A DNA stretch of 8,797 bases, taken from the NCBI GenBank assembly GCA_964510585.1, contig CAZECW010000164.1, forward strand, positions 1 to 8,797. Reading direction: 5' to 3'. The notes below the pieces were generated by a model. It was not told the DNA's origin. It searched no databases and saw only the letters and a program-made list of their open reading frames with translations. Of this stretch, positions 7,351-8,797 are shown piece after piece. The position numbers and the translations under genes were made by a program. The stretch's first letter is position 1; the number at the start of each line of letters is the position of its first letter. Source of the DNA: an uncultured archaeon (lineage in GTDB: Archaea; Asgardarchaeota; Jordiarchaeia; Jordiarchaeales; Jordiarchaeaceae).

Positions 7351-8658
7351 TTAGTAGGTGAATACGTGTTTATTGAATGGTATGATAGTTGCTTTCTTTT
7401 CTTTCGTTGGTGGGGGTGTTCCAAGCAGGTTTCCTGCGGTGTTTGCAATAATTATCTCTATGATGTTTTCACCCTTCTGCACCAGATCTGTTACATCTAT
7501 TCTGTGCGGTGGCCAAAGTCTCGTACCGGCCTCTTTTCCATTAATTTTGACGGTGAATACGTTCTGGAACCCCTCACATTCCAATATGAGCTTCTTTTCT
7601 AGGTATTCTTCAACTAGGTTAAATTTCTGCTTTAGTGTGATGTCGCCACTATAGTTGGGAATTTCCCTCTCTACTTCATTTTTTTCTTGGGTAATGAATT
7701 TCGGCTCATCAATTTTTCGGTCTACAACCGCAAATTTTCCCACAAGCACGACTGGCTCAATGGCGTGATTGGTTGGAACATTATCCTTGTAGTTGGGGTA
7801 CCGGGTTTTAATAGTGATTTGGTTTCTTCCCCTCCTCAAATATTTCTTAACCTCCAGGAAACGGTTGCTTCGATCCCACAGGAAGCATTTTTGCGGTTCC
7901 TCCTCCACCCTGAACCCGTTTATGTAGACTTGGAATGGTTCCCCCAAATCCTCATAGACCAACTGCACCCTCTCTGGGATATGCCTCAATTCAAACTCGT
8001 TGGTCATCTGGTAATCGCTTCCAAGAGGTATGACCTCTGCGGAAAAATCGGCTCCACTCTCCTTCACCTTCTCCTCCAGTAAATCTAAAACCTCGAAGGG
8101 ACAATACTCCCTCAAATCAATGCCCAGGACAGCGGCGAGTGCGGGGAGCTGCGAGTACATTTCCTCCATGGGCATGTATCTTCCAACCGTCAGTAGTTTT
8201 TCACCGTTTTTCTTTTTCCCCTGGAATTCCACACTTTCTCCGACTTTTACTCTCCAAGGATCTAAAACCATGTAGTTGGTGGGGACCTCCACGCTCCACT
8301 TTGAAATGGTTATCGGTTCAAGGAGAGGCGGAGACTCGGCGGTGAGTTCGCGTCCCTCAAATATTATCTTGGGCTCAGAAATTCTTGAGTATCCCAAAAT
8401 TTTTTGGGTGTTTTCATCAATGCCCTCTATATTAACGTTTGAGTAAGTCAGGTGCCTTTTTTCTTTTCCCCTCCTCACGACGAAGTAAACGCCTTCGCAG
8501 GCTTCAAACATGTGCGGAATTATGGTTTTTCCCATTTCTCTACGGTAAACGTATACGGGTGCTATTTCTCCCGTTTCTGGAACCCATTTCTCAAGTCTAC
8601 CTGTGGCGTTTAGGATAATTTCTCCCTCGATTCTTTCTTCAGACAGGTTAGCCACAAA
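7351..8658 (-). pseudogene. 3' portion (435 codons) of a large GH106 (alpha-L-rhamnosidase)-like glycoside hydrolase gene interrupted by an IS insertion
   Basis: Contains FVANL...G.LEKWVPETGEI, FEACEGVYFVV, VYING...LRRGRNQITI, IEPVVLVGKFAV, NYSG and VKINGKEAGTRLWPPHRIDVTDLVQKGENIIEIIIANT. By eye these resemble the C-terminal beta-sandwich domains of GH106/GH2-like proteins. Similarity starts exactly at the IS end (TCAA|TTT GTG GCT AAC). The first 35 residues of the track ORF are IS-derived. Confidence 0.65.
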
Positions 8659-8797
8659 TTGACACTCTCCGCGACTAAAGTCGGGAGATTCTTGCTTCTG
8701 GCTCATCGGGAGCCTTCGAAGCAATGGGTGTGCCATCACCCAGTTAACACGCCCTTCCCTCAAAGGGAACGGCGTCTATGTTGGCACCCTCATGGGG
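8639..8797 (-). ncRNA. Putative TnpB reRNA (omega RNA): scaffold from the IS right end plus a guide from flanking DNA
   Basis: Four consecutive stem-loops (8775-8749, 8742-8725, 8722-8694, 8688-8666) end at TCAA. The predicted guide is the flank TTTGTGGCTAACCTGTCTGA. No tnpB ORF can be confirmed inside the window. Confidence 0.55.
8659..8797 (-). mobile_element. Right end of an IS200/IS605-family element (IS1341/IS605 type), extending beyond the window
   Basis: Minus strand reads ...AAGAAT-CTCCCGAC-TTTA-GTCG-C-GGAG-AGTG-TCAA. It has a subterminal hairpin, the GAAT guide tetranucleotide at the hairpin foot and a terminal TCAA cleavage site, matching IS608/ISDra2 right-end architecture. Confidence 0.85.

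Noticed and set aside
688-8345. Numerous 63-131 aa plus-strand ORFs and short alternate-frame minus ORFs (1620-1820, 6722-6934)
   Set aside because: They are antisense or out-of-frame shadows of well-supported genes with no recognisable motifs.
8659-8763. MREGRVNW...GECQ as the native N-terminus of the hydrolase
   Set aside because: It is the read-through of IS right-end hairpins and has an in-frame TAG at 8778-8776 upstream.
1-8797. CRISPR arrays, tRNA or rRNA genes
   Set aside because: No spaced direct repeats, cloverleaf or rRNA-like sequence were seen. The hairpin cluster at the right edge is explained by the IS end.

Overview
Archaeal-type window (GGAGG/GGTGA ribosome-binding sites, TATA-like promoter, oligo-T terminators; a TACK/Bathyarchaeia-like origin is an inference from protein motifs). 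Most of it is a complete minus-strand tryptophan operon, trpE-G-D-C-F-B-A, with abutting or overlapping genes. It converges on the 3' end of a RAD55/KaiC-like ATPase-fold gene. Upstream lies the 3' part of a GH106-like glycoside hydrolase gene, interrupted by the right end of an IS200/IS605-family element with a TnpB reRNA-like hairpin array. Main discovery: trpE has no canonical in-frame start upstream of its conserved N-terminal motif. The only strong RBS (AGGAGG) drives an 18-codon ORF (GTG AGG CAT AGC CTT TGG ... TAG) whose single Trp codon follows a prfB/Ty1-type CUU-U slippery site. A +1 slip there enters the trpE frame exactly. This suggests a Trp-starvation-activated programmed +1 frameshift gating anthranilate synthase, alongside TrpY-like TGTACA boxes at the promoter.
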